Positions 45,735-55,267 of a stretch of 64,000 nucleotides of DNA are shown in pieces. The notes beneath the pieces are model-generated. The model had not been told where the DNA came from. It made no database searches and saw nothing but the letters and a program-made list of their open reading frames with translations. The position numbers and the translations under genes are program-made. The stretch spans positions 146,971 through 210,970 of the forward strand of contig JAVHQC010000035.1 of assembly GCA_036170915.1 (NCBI GenBank), in the 5' to 3' direction. The stretch's first letter is position 1. Every line of letters starts with the position of its first letter. This stretch comes from Cyanobacteria bacterium auto_48_18 (GTDB lineage: Bacteria; Cyanobacteriota; Vampirovibrionia; Obscuribacterales; Obscuribacteraceae).

Positions 45735-47312
45735 ATGGGACCGGTAGTACTGGCAATTTTGGACGGATGGGGCATCATTGATGAAAAGAAAGGTAACGCT
45801 ATTCTGGCGGCCCGCACTCCAAATTATGACCTGTTGAAAACGCAGTATCTCTTCACGCATCTTCAAGCCTCCGGCGAGCATGTGGGTTTACCGCCAGGCT
45901 TGATGGGCAATTCCGAAGTGGGCCACTTAACTATCGGCTCGGGGCGCACGGTCACCCAGAAGCTCACCTTAATTTCCAACACTATTGCTGATGGTACTTT
46001 CTTTGAAAATCCGTCCCTGGTGGCAGCCGCTGAAAACGTCAAGCATAGCGGCGGAGTGCTCCATATCATTGGGTTGCTTTCTGACGGTTGTGTGCACTCG
46101 AGCCCAGATCACCTCGACGGTTTGCTCGAGTTTGCCCGGCGTCATCAAATTAAAAGACTGATGGTGCATCCCATACTCGACGGCCGTGATACACCACCGC
46201 GCTCAGCCAAACGCTTTGTGCGCGAGCTAGAAGAAAAGCTAGCCAATTTCAATGGCGCCGCTGAAATTGGTGTGATTTGCGGACGTTACTATGCCATGGA
46301 CCGAGATCAGCGATGGGAGAGGGTAAACACTTACTGGCGCGCTTTAGTGTTGTCAGAAGGAACTCAAGGCAACACTCCTCAAGAAGCAATTGACCAGTCA
46401 TACGCTGCCGATCTAGGTGACGAGTTTGTAACCCCGCAAATTATCAACGCCGTACCTATAAAGGATGGCGACAGTGTGATTTGTTTCAATTTCCGCCCAG
46501 ATCGTGTGCGCGAGATTTCCCGAGTGCTGACGCAAGCTGATTTTGCCGAGTTCAACAGACCGATTGTGCCCAGCGTCTATTACGTATGCATGACCGAATA
46601 TGATGAGCATTTGCATTTACCTGTGGCCTTCAGCCCTGAAGTTTTGCCTTCACAGGACCTCTTCAATACTTTGCCTGAAGTGATCTCTTGCCACCATATC
46701 GGCCAGTTTCACGCGGCGGAGACTGAAAAATATGCCCACGTTACCTATTTCTTCAATGGTGGCAAAGAAGCCCCGGTCGACGGTGAAATCCGTGAATTGA
46801 TTCCATCATTGAAAGTCGCCACCTACGATCTGGCACCAACCATGCGCACCCCTCAAGTATGTGACCTGGCCTGCCAAGCGATAAAGAGCGGAAAGTATCC
46901 ATTTATAGTGCTCAATTTTGCCAATCCTGACATGGTCGGCCATACGGGCATTATGGATGCAGCTGTACCAGCCGTAGAATCGGTAGACCTGGCATTTGGC
47001 CGATTGCTGGCAGCAGTGCAGGAGGCAAACGGCACTCTAGTTGTAACGGCCGATCATGGCAATATCGAACAATTGATTGATTATAAGACGGGTGAACCGC
47101 ACACGGCTCACACCACTAACCCGGTACCGCTTGTGGTGGCAAGCTTCCAGACCCCTTTATGTGATCCACTTAAACTCACCGGTGCCACCAGAACTGGCAC
47201 TATGAAAAAACTCACACCTGGTGGCCTGGCAGACGTTGCTCCCACAATATTGGCAATCATGAATATCGACAAACCGGCTGAAATGACCGGCCGGTCATTG
47301 ATATCCAACTGA
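45735..47312 (+). CDS. gpmI: 2,3-bisphosphoglycerate-independent phosphoglycerate mutase
   Basis: N-terminal VLAILDGWG, the catalytic Ser region MGNSEVGHLTIGSG, and C-terminal ADHGN. Confidence 0.93.
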   Translation: MGPVVLAILDGWGIIDEKKGNAILAARTPNYDLLKTQYLFTHLQASGEHVGLPPGLMGNSEVGHLTIGSGRTVTQKLTLISNTIADGTFFENPSLVAAAENVKHSGGVLHIIGLLSDGCVHSSPDHLDGLLEFARRHQIKRLMVHPILDGRDTPPRSAKRFVRELEEKLANFNGAAEIGVICGRYYAMDRDQRWERVNTYWRALVLSEGTQGNTPQEAIDQSYAADLGDEFVTPQIINAVPIKDGDSVICFNFRPDRVREISRVLTQADFAEFNRPIVPSVYYVCMTEYDEHLHLPVAFSPEVLPSQDLFNTLPEVISCHHIGQFHAAETEKYAHVTYFFNGGKEAPVDGEIRELIPSLKVATYDLAPTMRTPQVCDLACQAIKSGKYPFIVLNFANPDMVGHTGIMDAAVPAVESVDLAFGRLLAAVQEANGTLVVTADHGNIEQLIDYKTGEPHTAHTTNPVPLVVASFQTPLCDPLKLTGATRTGTMKKLTPGGLADVAPTILAIMNIDKPAEMTGRSLISN

Positions 47313-47555
47313 TCATTTTTCTGTATTGAAGAGCTATGCAAGTTTGCTTATGTAAGAACTGGGCTAGAAAAACCCAGGCAAAATCGGCACTGATATTTAC
47401 AATACTTCTTTTCAAGAGGTTCAAATGCAAGAAAGAAAGGATATAATTCAACCGATTTCAGGTGGGCGAAATTTACTAGCTTTGCCACCATTGTCATTTT
47501 GAGAGAGCTCGCTGACAATATTTCATACAGGATTAGAAGGAGACGAATCGACCGC

Positions 47556-47798
47556 ATGATTACTTTGAGAAACCTAGCCCTGGCTGGCGCAAGCTTGGCC
47601 CTCGTAGCTTCCCTCGCAGCTTGCAGCGGCAGCACCGATACAACAACCAGCACCACTTCCACTACCACTGGAACTGGCACTGATGCTGCTACTACTACCG
47701 TCACAACCGGTACTGATGCTGCATCTACCAGCACAACAACAACACCAGCAGTTGAGACCTCTACAACTACTGCTACAACAACTGCCGAATCTCACTAG
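47556..47798 (+). CDS. Small Thr-rich lipoprotein (80 aa from the Met at 47556)
   Basis: SD AAGGAG at 47537-47542. Signal peptide with lipobox LAAC|SG. The mature part is almost entirely T/S/A/G (STDTTTSTTSTTTGTGTDAATTTV...). Confidence 0.6.
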   Translation: MITLRNLALAGASLALVASLAACSGSTDTTTSTTSTTTGTGTDAATTTVTTGTDAASTSTTTTPAVETSTTTATTTAESH

Positions 47799-47820
47799 AG
47801 ATTCGTTAGACAAAAAATTG

Positions 47821-47855
47821 AAGCCCTTTCAGGAAACTGAAGGGGCTTTTCTTTG
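47821..47855 (+). terminator. Intrinsic terminator after the Thr-rich lipoprotein gene
   Basis: 12-bp stem aagccctttcag / ctgaaggggctt (one G-U pair) with a GAAA tetraloop, followed by ttctttg. Confidence 0.8.
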
Positions 47856-47913
47856 CGGAACATTTTAGTGCGCAATCGTCTCTGTATAATGTGTTTCACA
47901 AATAAGGGTGCCC

Positions 47914-48834
47914 ATGGCTATCTCCAAACTTATTTTTCAACTATTACTTTTGTCGCTCTTGTCTAATGCTGACGTCGCCCTGGCCCAGCAGCCGCCAGCG
48001 CCAGCGGCCATGCCCCCCATGACCCAGCCGCTTTCGGCTCCCACAGTTTCTTTTGTTGATATCAACTCTGGTCGCTTCGGCAAATTGGAAATTGATCTGC
48101 TTGATGGTCAATTTATGAATGGCGCCTGTGACAATCTGCATCTGGTGGCACGCAACATGGACTTTGCCGCCGGAGAACTTAAGAGCCTCGACATCGATGT
48201 AAAAGGCGCCAACATCGACGATTTTCTTGTTGATAAACTCAGTCTCACAACTCAGGGCGCATTGAAATTCGACAGTGGTCTTTTGCTCAATCAAAAAACA
48301 CTGCAATTCACCAGCCCGGCAACTGCACAGGTAACTGCCACCATTAGCCAGGATAGCCTCAATCGGTACCTGAAGGCACCAAGTACTCTCGATCGACTTT
48401 CATATACTGCCACCAAAAAAGGTGGCATGCTCGCCAATTTATTGGGCAGCGTCGGTGGCAATTTCGGCTTGACCATCACTGGCGCCAATATTGTTTTAGG
48501 CCGCAACAACAAGGTCAATATGACGGCTGAAGGTAAGGCCGGCATCGGGCAACTGGCACTACCCATCGCAGCTCAACTTGAAAGTCAGCTGTCGATTCAG
48601 GAAGGTTGGGTGCAACTATCTGATACCAAACTCATGACCGCCGGCCAGGAAATTTCACCACAACTATCTGAGCTGCTGGTGAAAAAAATTAACAGCCTCT
48701 CAAATCTGGGCACTAAATCAGATGACATTCACTTTAGCTTTACCGAACTCAAGGTTACGCCGGGCAAACAATTAGTGGCAACTGGAACGGCTCTAGTAAA
48801 CCGCTTGCGCTTCGGCCGCAATCAGAATCAATAA
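47914..48834 (+). CDS. Hypothetical secreted protein, possibly DUF2993/LmeA-like
   Basis: Signal peptide (LIFQLLLLSLLSNADVALA). The pattern of alternating beta-like segments resembles DUF2993, but I did not verify this. The ORF track starts at GTG 47908. Confidence 0.6.
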   Translation: MAISKLIFQLLLLSLLSNADVALAQQPPAPAAMPPMTQPLSAPTVSFVDINSGRFGKLEIDLLDGQFMNGACDNLHLVARNMDFAAGELKSLDIDVKGANIDDFLVDKLSLTTQGALKFDSGLLLNQKTLQFTSPATAQVTATISQDSLNRYLKAPSTLDRLSYTATKKGGMLANLLGSVGGNFGLTITGANIVLGRNNKVNMTAEGKAGIGQLALPIAAQLESQLSIQEGWVQLSDTKLMTAGQEISPQLSELLVKKINSLSNLGTKSDDIHFSFTELKVTPGKQLVATGTALVNRLRFGRNQNQ

Positions 48835-48922
48835 TCAAATGGAAAATCACTGACTATGAGCAAACAACGTTATATACTTAGCTTTCCAGTCACTTGCTTC
48901 AACTAGAAAGCGAGATTTTTGA

Positions 48923-49651
48923 ATGTATAAGCGGCGCGACAGCCGGCAATGGGACCAGCTTAGACCGGTCAAGTTTACGAGAAATTTCACCAAGAATGCA
49001 GACGGCTCAGTGCTGGTTGAAATTGGTGATACCAAAGTATTCTGCACCGCAAAAATCGAAGAGCGCGTACCCGCCTTTTTAATCGGCAAGGGTGAAGGTT
49101 GGATCACAGCCGAATATTCCATGCTGCCGGGCTCTACCTTGCAGCGCTCGCAAAGAGAAGTGACTCGAGGACAGGCCTCAGGCCGCACCAATGAAATTCA
49201 GCGCTTGATCGGTCGCTGTTTAAGAGCAGTGGTAGACCGCCGCGCTTTGGGCGAGCGTACCATCACAATTGACTGCGATGTTTTGCAGGCTGACGCCGGC
49301 ACTCGTGTCTCTTCCATCTGTGGCGGTTTTTTGGCACTTTATGATGCGTTGAGCAAACTGCGTAAAGCTGGTGTGTTTGATGAGTTGCCGATTACCGAGC
49401 ACATGGCGGCAGTTTCAGTGGTGCAAATCAACGGCCAGCTATTGCTTGACCCTAACTACAGCGAAGACTCGCAAGCGGAGATGGACAGCAACATAGTTCT
49501 GACCGAATCGGGCAAAATTCTCGAATTGCAGATGACCTCTGAAACCAAACCTTATGACGCCGCCAAGCTGACCGATTTGATGCTCCTTGCCAACAAAGGT
49601 GTGAAAGAGATCATCAGCATGCAGCAACAAATTATCAATAAACGCAATTAG
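48923..49651 (+). CDS. rph: Ribonuclease PH
   Basis: RPVKFTRNFTKNADGSVLVEIGDTKV, GRTNEIQRLIGR and DCDVLQADAGTR motifs. Confidence 0.93.
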   Translation: MYKRRDSRQWDQLRPVKFTRNFTKNADGSVLVEIGDTKVFCTAKIEERVPAFLIGKGEGWITAEYSMLPGSTLQRSQREVTRGQASGRTNEIQRLIGRCLRAVVDRRALGERTITIDCDVLQADAGTRVSSICGGFLALYDALSKLRKAGVFDELPITEHMAAVSVVQINGQLLLDPNYSEDSQAEMDSNIVLTESGKILELQMTSETKPYDAAKLTDLMLLANKGVKEIISMQQQIINKRN

Positions 49652-49677
49652 AGAAAAACCTCGAGTTTTTCTGTAAG
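49652..49677 (+). repeat. 26-nt hairpin element AGAAAAACCTCGAGTTTTTCTGTAAG (copy A), directly after the rph stop codon
   Basis: Identical 26-mer to 52830-52855. It has an 8-bp stem AGAAAAAC/GTTTTTCT with loop CTCGA. Confidence 0.85.
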
Positions 49678-49842
49678 GCCGTTTTTGCGCCATTTTTGCA
49701 GAAATTGAGAACCGGACATTTAAGCAATGTCACATGAATCTTAAATTTGTTCGCTTTCCTGCTGACAACACAGCATAAGGCTATACACTTAAGAGCGACG
49801 CGGCAAGTAAAGTAATTGCGCAATACACCATGGCGTAAGTGG

Positions 49843-49874
49843 CAAGTGACGATTCAAGCAAGTGACAATTCAAG
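49843..49874 (+). repeat. 16-nt tandem duplication caagtgac(g/a)attcaag x2 spanning the ubiB-like start codon
   Basis: Copies at 49843-49858 and 49859-49874. The annotated GTG start (49862) lies in copy 2. Confidence 0.9.
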
Positions 49875-51427
49875 AAAGTATCGATTTTAATCCAGAAGAG
49901 TTCAACCCAATTCGGGAGAGCTTTAGAGACGTGAGCCCTATGCGGCTTGTCCTCTCTACTCTAGCGGTGTTCGAACGCATTCGCAAACTGCAGGGATGGA
50001 AAGGCGCGCTGCGAGTCATTCCTATTGTCTGGACGATTATCTGGTCAGTCAAAGGTTTTTCGCGTTTTCATGCCGAAGAGTTTGAACGTGCCAGCCGCGG
50101 CGACGCCGTGGACGACGTTGAAGAAGCAGCACTGACCAACAAAGACTACGAACAATACAGAGAATTGGGCCGCTGGCTTTGCAGGCGTCTCAACGCCCTC
50201 GGTCCAACTTTTGTCAAAATTGGACAGACTTTGTCTACCAGAGCAGATTTGCTCCCGCTGCCAGCCATGCTTGAGCTGACTCGGCTGCAAGAAAACGTTG
50301 ATCAATTTCCAACTGAGACCGCTCGAGCAATTATCGTTCGCGAATTAGGCGCTCAGCCAGAAGAGCTCTACAAAGAATTCAACAATGTACCGATTGCCGC
50401 CGCCAGCTTGTCGCAGGCTTACCGGGCCACGTTGGAAGACGGCCGTGATGTTGTCGTAAAGGTGCAGAGACCAGATCTAAGTAGCATCATCGTCATGGAT
50501 GTGCAGATTCTTGCTGCTGTGGCCGACGAAGTGATGAAGTATCCCAGCCTTTGCCGCCACACGGAATGGCCAGGTGTGGTGGACGAATTTGCTAAAACTA
50601 TTTTTGAAGAAATCGATTATATTCGCGAAGGCCGCAACGCGGACATTTTCAGGAGTTCGTATCGTAATTTCGATCGCATCTATATTCCTCGCATTGTCTG
50701 GAAACTGACAGGTCGTCGAGTTCTAACTATCGAATACGTCTCAGGCATTCCCATCAATGATGCCGCAGGCATTGCTGCCATGGGCCTTGACGCTGAAGAA
50801 ATTACAAAAATTGGCGCCAATTTCTACTTGCGTCAATTGCTTGAAGAAGGATTTTTCCACGCAGACCCGCACCCGGGCAACATGCGAGTGATGGAAGATG
50901 GCCGCGTGGGTATTTTTGATTTTGGCATGGTGGGTCGCATCACCCCTGAGCTCAAACAGCACATGGTCAATGCTTTCATGCATACCATTCAAAGAGACTA
51001 CCGTGAGCTTGTGGACGACTTTGTCGGCATGGGTTTCCTCAAACCAGAAGCCGATCGCGATGCTCTATGTCGCGACCTCGCGCCCATCATCGACGCCCGT
51101 TTTGCTGATGGTATGAGCAAAGTGCGTTTCCGTAAAATGCTTTTCGACTTCTCTGAAGTCTGCTTCGCTTATCCTTTCCGCCTGCCATCTGAGTTTACTT
51201 ATGTCATGCGCGCCTTACTGACACTGGAAGGCATTGCGCTGACCATTAATCCGAAATTCAATTTTGTTGATGCTGCTATGCCTTTTGCTCACAGACTGGT
51301 GATGAAAAACAATCAGTTCCTTGGCCAGGCAATCTTCAAAGAAGTATTCACTGACGGCAAGTTTAATCGCCGCGCAGCCATTAAACTAATTAAGTCGGCA
51401 GCCCAACTCACAAGCTCACTGCTCTAA
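49862..51427 (+). CDS. ABC1/UbiB-family atypical protein kinase
   Basis: FVKIGQTLSTRADLLP, AAASLSQAYRA and HADPHPGNM motifs. Confidence 0.88.
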   Translation: MTIQESIDFNPEEFNPIRESFRDVSPMRLVLSTLAVFERIRKLQGWKGALRVIPIVWTIIWSVKGFSRFHAEEFERASRGDAVDDVEEAALTNKDYEQYRELGRWLCRRLNALGPTFVKIGQTLSTRADLLPLPAMLELTRLQENVDQFPTETARAIIVRELGAQPEELYKEFNNVPIAAASLSQAYRATLEDGRDVVVKVQRPDLSSIIVMDVQILAAVADEVMKYPSLCRHTEWPGVVDEFAKTIFEEIDYIREGRNADIFRSSYRNFDRIYIPRIVWKLTGRRVLTIEYVSGIPINDAAGIAAMGLDAEEITKIGANFYLRQLLEEGFFHADPHPGNMRVMEDGRVGIFDFGMVGRITPELKQHMVNAFMHTIQRDYRELVDDFVGMGFLKPEADRDALCRDLAPIIDARFADGMSKVRFRKMLFDFSEVCFAYPFRLPSEFTYVMRALLTLEGIALTINPKFNFVDAAMPFAHRLVMKNNQFLGQAIFKEVFTDGKFNRRAAIKLIKSAAQLTSSLL

Positions 51428-51435
51428 ATTCAATA

Positions 51436-52800
51436 TTGAAGAATTCTCGAAAACTGCTGGCCCTCCTGCTAGACCTAGTTACGCTCGTGCTCGTGCTGAC
51501 AGCAGGCTTTGCTGTGGTGACAAACCTTGGCCAGACCCTGGCAAAGAACGCCAACGTGTACACCACTGCTGCCAACGGCAGTTTTCAGCACATTGATTTC
51601 ATCAGCTATTACATGGCCGGCACCCTCGCTCGTGCGGACAGCGAAACCCGCCTCAAAGCATATGATCCGGCAGTACAGCTCAGACTTTACAACGCAATTA
51701 TTGCTCCGGCAAAAATCGATAGACCAATTTTTCTCAACTATCCACCATACGCATTCAGTCTGATGGTGCCATTTACTTTTCTGCCACTGCGCGTAGCCTA
51801 TCTGCTCTGGGATACTCTTTCTTTACTAGCTGGTATTGCCGCCTTAATTTGGGCCGGTAGGACAGCCGGCAAAATCACCAATTATCCGAAGTCAGCGCTG
51901 GCAGCACTGGCCTGCTTATTTGCTCTTTCCTTTCCGGGTTGCGACGCTCTAATGGACGGCCAGCTTACCTGGTGGTTCATTGCTTTAATTGCCCTTGCTT
52001 ATGTAGGCCTCAAGCGTAATAACGATTATTTAGCCGGCGCAGCCACGGCTATGCTTGCCTTAAAACCACACTTTTTCCTTTTTATGGTGATACCGCTCTT
52101 AGTATCAAAGCGCAAAAAGGCAATTTTCACCTGCGCAGCAGTAATGAGTATTTTGCTTCTACTTGCCGCTGCCAACCTGGGTTTTGAGAATGTCTTGAAT
52201 TATCCCAAAATTGTTCTGGCAGGAGAAAATGTAGAATTATGCCCCATGACTTTTCCTGAGCGCATGGTTTGTTTGCGCGGACCGGCCAGCATTTTTCTCA
52301 ACCATGATTGGTATATGCGCCTTGCTTTTGGCGGCTTCATTGTCGGCCTTGGCGCTTACTTTTTTATTTTCAAAAAAACCTTTCAAAAGGCGCCTGGACT
52401 CAGTTTGGAGACGGCATACGGCCTGGCTATTCCCATTCTACTTACTCTCAGCCCTCACATGCACGTTTATGATTGTGCACTACTGGCAATACCAGCGGTT
52501 TTGCTCCTTCCTTCTATCAGGCCTTCGCAATTGCTGAGAGAAAAACCTCTGGCTTTTAAACTCTATAGCTTACTAATTTGTTCCTACTTTTTACTTTCCT
52601 GGCTGATTATGGTTTGCGCTCCAGGCCTGGGCGCTCTCTTACCTGCTGACCTGCAAGCAAAGCTCAGCGTCAATGATATTCCTTGCGCCCTGCTTAGTTT
52701 TTACGTTTATCTGATGGTTGATGTGGTGCTCTTTGTTTTACTGGCAGCTTCTGCTTTTTCGGAGCCTCATCCGGTTGCAAGGCCTGAGCAGGCTGAGTGA
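51436..52800 (+). CDS. Polytopic membrane protein, DUF2029/GT87-like (GT-C fold) glycosyltransferase candidate
   Basis: About 11 TM segments. The first periplasmic loop has DFISYYMAGTLAR, as in DUF2029 proteins. TTG start. Confidence 0.6.
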   Translation: MKNSRKLLALLLDLVTLVLVLTAGFAVVTNLGQTLAKNANVYTTAANGSFQHIDFISYYMAGTLARADSETRLKAYDPAVQLRLYNAIIAPAKIDRPIFLNYPPYAFSLMVPFTFLPLRVAYLLWDTLSLLAGIAALIWAGRTAGKITNYPKSALAALACLFALSFPGCDALMDGQLTWWFIALIALAYVGLKRNNDYLAGAATAMLALKPHFFLFMVIPLLVSKRKKAIFTCAAVMSILLLLAAANLGFENVLNYPKIVLAGENVELCPMTFPERMVCLRGPASIFLNHDWYMRLAFGGFIVGLGAYFFIFKKTFQKAPGLSLETAYGLAIPILLTLSPHMHVYDCALLAIPAVLLLPSIRPSQLLREKPLAFKLYSLLICSYFLLSWLIMVCAPGLGALLPADLQAKLSVNDIPCALLSFYVYLMVDVVLFVLLAASAFSEPHPVARPEQAE

Positions 52801-52829
52801 GAACTCTCATGGCTTTTTTTATGATTTAC

Positions 52830-52855
52830 AGAAAAACCTCGAGTTTTTCTGTAAG
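52830..52855 (+). repeat. 26-nt hairpin element (copy B), 30 nt after the GT87-like gene stop
   Basis: Identical to 49652-49677. Confidence 0.85.
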
Positions 52856-53088
52856 CAGTGCAAAGTCATTTTTGACCCCCTCAGGGTAACTCTTAACAAA
52901 CTCTGCAACTTCAAAGCAGAAAGTTACGGTTTTTGGCCCTTTTCGACCCCACAATCTTAAGAAATTTCTAGTCAGATGCAAAAATGTGCTGTCTAGCCTC
53001 AAAATAAACGAAGACAAGTGATGTCGCGCTGGAACCAGGCCGTTCATTGTTAGTCTCCTGCTTTAGACCGTGACCTGAACTAAGAGGT

Positions 53089-53718
53089 TTGCCATTGCTT
53101 TCAACTGCGCTACCGATTGTCCCGAGTTTAGCTAGCTGTCAGCATTGTTCCACGGCTATAGATCCGGGATCAAAGTTTTGCGGTAACTGCGGCATTCCCA
53201 CTGTTTTACCAGCCCGCATGGGTCCTAACGCCAGATATATAGAACAATCTTTGTCTGGAAACAGCAGCAGCGCCAGTGCGGTGCAAGCATCAAACGTGTT
53301 GAACACCAAGGCTGCCCAGTATCTCAAAGGCACTGAAGGAGCAGCAGCGGCTGCCAAAACCGGCGTTCCCAGCTTCGCCCGCAATAAGAAACACAGCCGC
53401 GCTATACCACCTGAAATGCAGGCTGAGATGGCGGGGCTCATGGCCGGCCTGGTGAGAGAGAATATTTTCCTGGTTGGTCACTACATGGTTTTCGCGGTCA
53501 CTACTTTGATCGGCTTATGGATTGCAGTCAAATGCTTCGTCGAATTCAACGGTGACGAGTTAAGCAAGCTGATGATGGCCAGCACACCACTAATGTTTAT
53601 CAACCTGACGGCACTGGTAGCTCTGGTGCCAATCAAGGGCACCAAGCGCGAGATTGCTCGCATTAATGAACGCATGACTTATCTCAAGCTCGCGATGGAA
53701 CTTGATCACATCATCTAA
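53089..53718 (+). CDS. Zinc-ribbon domain membrane protein
   Basis: CQHCSTAIDPGSKFCGNCG zinc ribbon and two C-terminal TM helices. The TTG start sits too close to the AAGAGG, so the exact start is uncertain. Confidence 0.6.
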   Translation: MPLLSTALPIVPSLASCQHCSTAIDPGSKFCGNCGIPTVLPARMGPNARYIEQSLSGNSSSASAVQASNVLNTKAAQYLKGTEGAAAAAKTGVPSFARNKKHSRAIPPEMQAEMAGLMAGLVRENIFLVGHYMVFAVTTLIGLWIAVKCFVEFNGDELSKLMMASTPLMFINLTALVALVPIKGTKREIARINERMTYLKLAMELDHII

Positions 53719-53720
53719 TT

Positions 53721-53755
53721 GCAGAGCAGAGCAGACCAGACCAAACTAGACTAGA
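53721..53755. repeat. Pentanucleotide tract gcaga gcaga gcaga ccaga ccaaa ctaga ctaga
   Basis: Read directly. It lies between convergent gene ends. Confidence 0.85.
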
Positions 53756-53764
53756 TTTCAGTCT

Positions 53765-55243
53765 CTAGTCCGCAGTGGCAGGGCTCCAGCGCAAATTAGG
53801 TTTGCGGGCCGCTAGAGCCTCATCAAGCTTGCCTACCGGAGTATTGGTCGGAGCATGTCTGACGATATCAGGTGACTCGATGGACTCTTTATCAATCTGC
53901 AGCATGATTTCGGCAAATCGATCAAGCATTTCTTTGGCTTCCGTTTCAGTGGGCTCGATCATCATTGCTTCAGGCACAACTAGTGGGAAGTAGACAGTTG
54001 GTGCGTGCACACCAAAATCAAGCAAGCGCTTAGCCATCTGCGCTGTTGAAACACCACGTTCTTTTTGTCTGACGCCGGAAAGTACAAATTCGTGCATGCA
54101 AGCTTGCTCATGAGCCACCACAAAATTGCGGCTAAGTTTCACTTTGAGATAATTGGCATTCAAAATAGCATCGCGTGAAACCTGACACAAACCACCTTTA
54201 CCATGAGCAAGAACATATGCGTAGGCGCGCACCAGAATGCCGAAATTGCCATAAAAGCCTTTGACTTTGCCAATTGATTGCGAGCGGTCCCAATCAAGAG
54301 TGAACTTGTTTTCGCCGCCCTTCGCTTTGGTCACTACCGGTTTAGGCAAAAATGGTTCGAGAATATCGCGGCAGGCAACGGCACAAGCACCAGGGCCGCC
54401 ACCACCATGAGGAGTGGAAAATGTTTTGTGCAAATTCAGATGGCAAACATCGAAGCCCATGTCGCCTGGTCTGACAAGACCCATAATGGCGTTAAGATTA
54501 GCTCCGTCGTAATAAAGCAAACCGCCGGCTTCGTGCACTAGTTTTTGCACGGTCATAATTTCTTCTTCGAACAATCCTAAGGTATTTGGATTTGTGAGCA
54601 TAATGGCAGCGGTGTCTGGGCCAAGAGCAGCCTTAAGCGCTTCGGTGTCAACCAGGCCTTTTCCATTGCTTTTAATTTCCACTACGTCGAAACCGGCCAG
54701 AGCGGCGGTAGCAGGGTTGGTACCATGGGCAGTGTCAGGAACAATTACGGTACGACGTTTAGTGTCGCCTTTAGATTCGAAATAGGCACGAATCAAAAGC
54801 AGACCGGTTAGCTCACCGTGAGCTCCAGCAGCCGGTTGTAGAGTAACAGCAGGCAGGCCGACGACATTAGAGATCGACTGCTGCAATAGATAAAGCAACT
54901 CAAGAGCGCCCTGCACTTGATCTTCTGGTTGATTAGGATGCAGTTCTCTAAAACCTTCAAGAGCAGCCATGGCATCGTTAATTTTAGGATTGTATTTCAT
55001 GGTGCACGAACCGAGCGGATAAAAACCGGTGTCGATGCAATGGTTTAAATGTGAAAGCTTGACAAAGTGCCGCACAGCTTCTAGCTCGCTTACTTCTGGT
55101 AATGCCGCCGCAATTTCGCGCACATAACCTTTAGGAATGAGCTTACTAACATCTTGAGCAGGAACTCCCGGCTTAGGCAAAATTTCTGTTCTTCTACCAG
55201 CTTGAGATTTTTCGTAAATTAGCTTTTCCATTTCCATTCCCAT
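53765..55243 (-). CDS. gcvPB: Glycine dehydrogenase (aminomethyl-transferring) subunit 2
   Basis: PLP-lysine region [18 protein letters not shown]. 492 aa. Confidence 0.93.
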   Translation of the reverse strand: MGMEMEKLIYEKSQAGRRTEILPKPGVPAQDVSKLIPKGYVREIAAALPEVSELEAVRHFVKLSHLNHCIDTGFYPLGSCTMKYNPKINDAMAALEGFRELHPNQPEDQVQGALELLYLLQQSISNVVGLPAVTLQPAAGAHGELTGLLLIRAYFESKGDTKRRTVIVPDTAHGTNPATAALAGFDVVEIKSNGKGLVDTEALKAALGPDTAAIMLTNPNTLGLFEEEIMTVQKLVHEAGGLLYYDGANLNAIMGLVRPGDMGFDVCHLNLHKTFSTPHGGGGPGACAVACRDILEPFLPKPVVTKAKGGENKFTLDWDRSQSIGKVKGFYGNFGILVRAYAYVLAHGKGGLCQVSRDAILNANYLKVKLSRNFVVAHEQACMHEFVLSGVRQKERGVSTAQMAKRLLDFGVHAPTVYFPLVVPEAMMIEPTETEAKEMLDRFAEIMLQIDKESIESPDIVRHAPTNTPVGKLDEALAARKPNLRWSPATAD

Positions 55244-55267
55244 TTTTTAGCAGTTAGTTTTTCAGCG

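Noticed and set aside
49439-49823. Minus-strand ORFs (49439-49693, 49635-49823, and 52826-53047 at the second locus) covering the shared 26-nt element
   Set aside because: The identical 26-mer is read in different frames at the two loci and the flanks are not conserved at protein level. One of the ORFs overlaps the rph 3' end. Conservation is at the nucleotide level, not coding.
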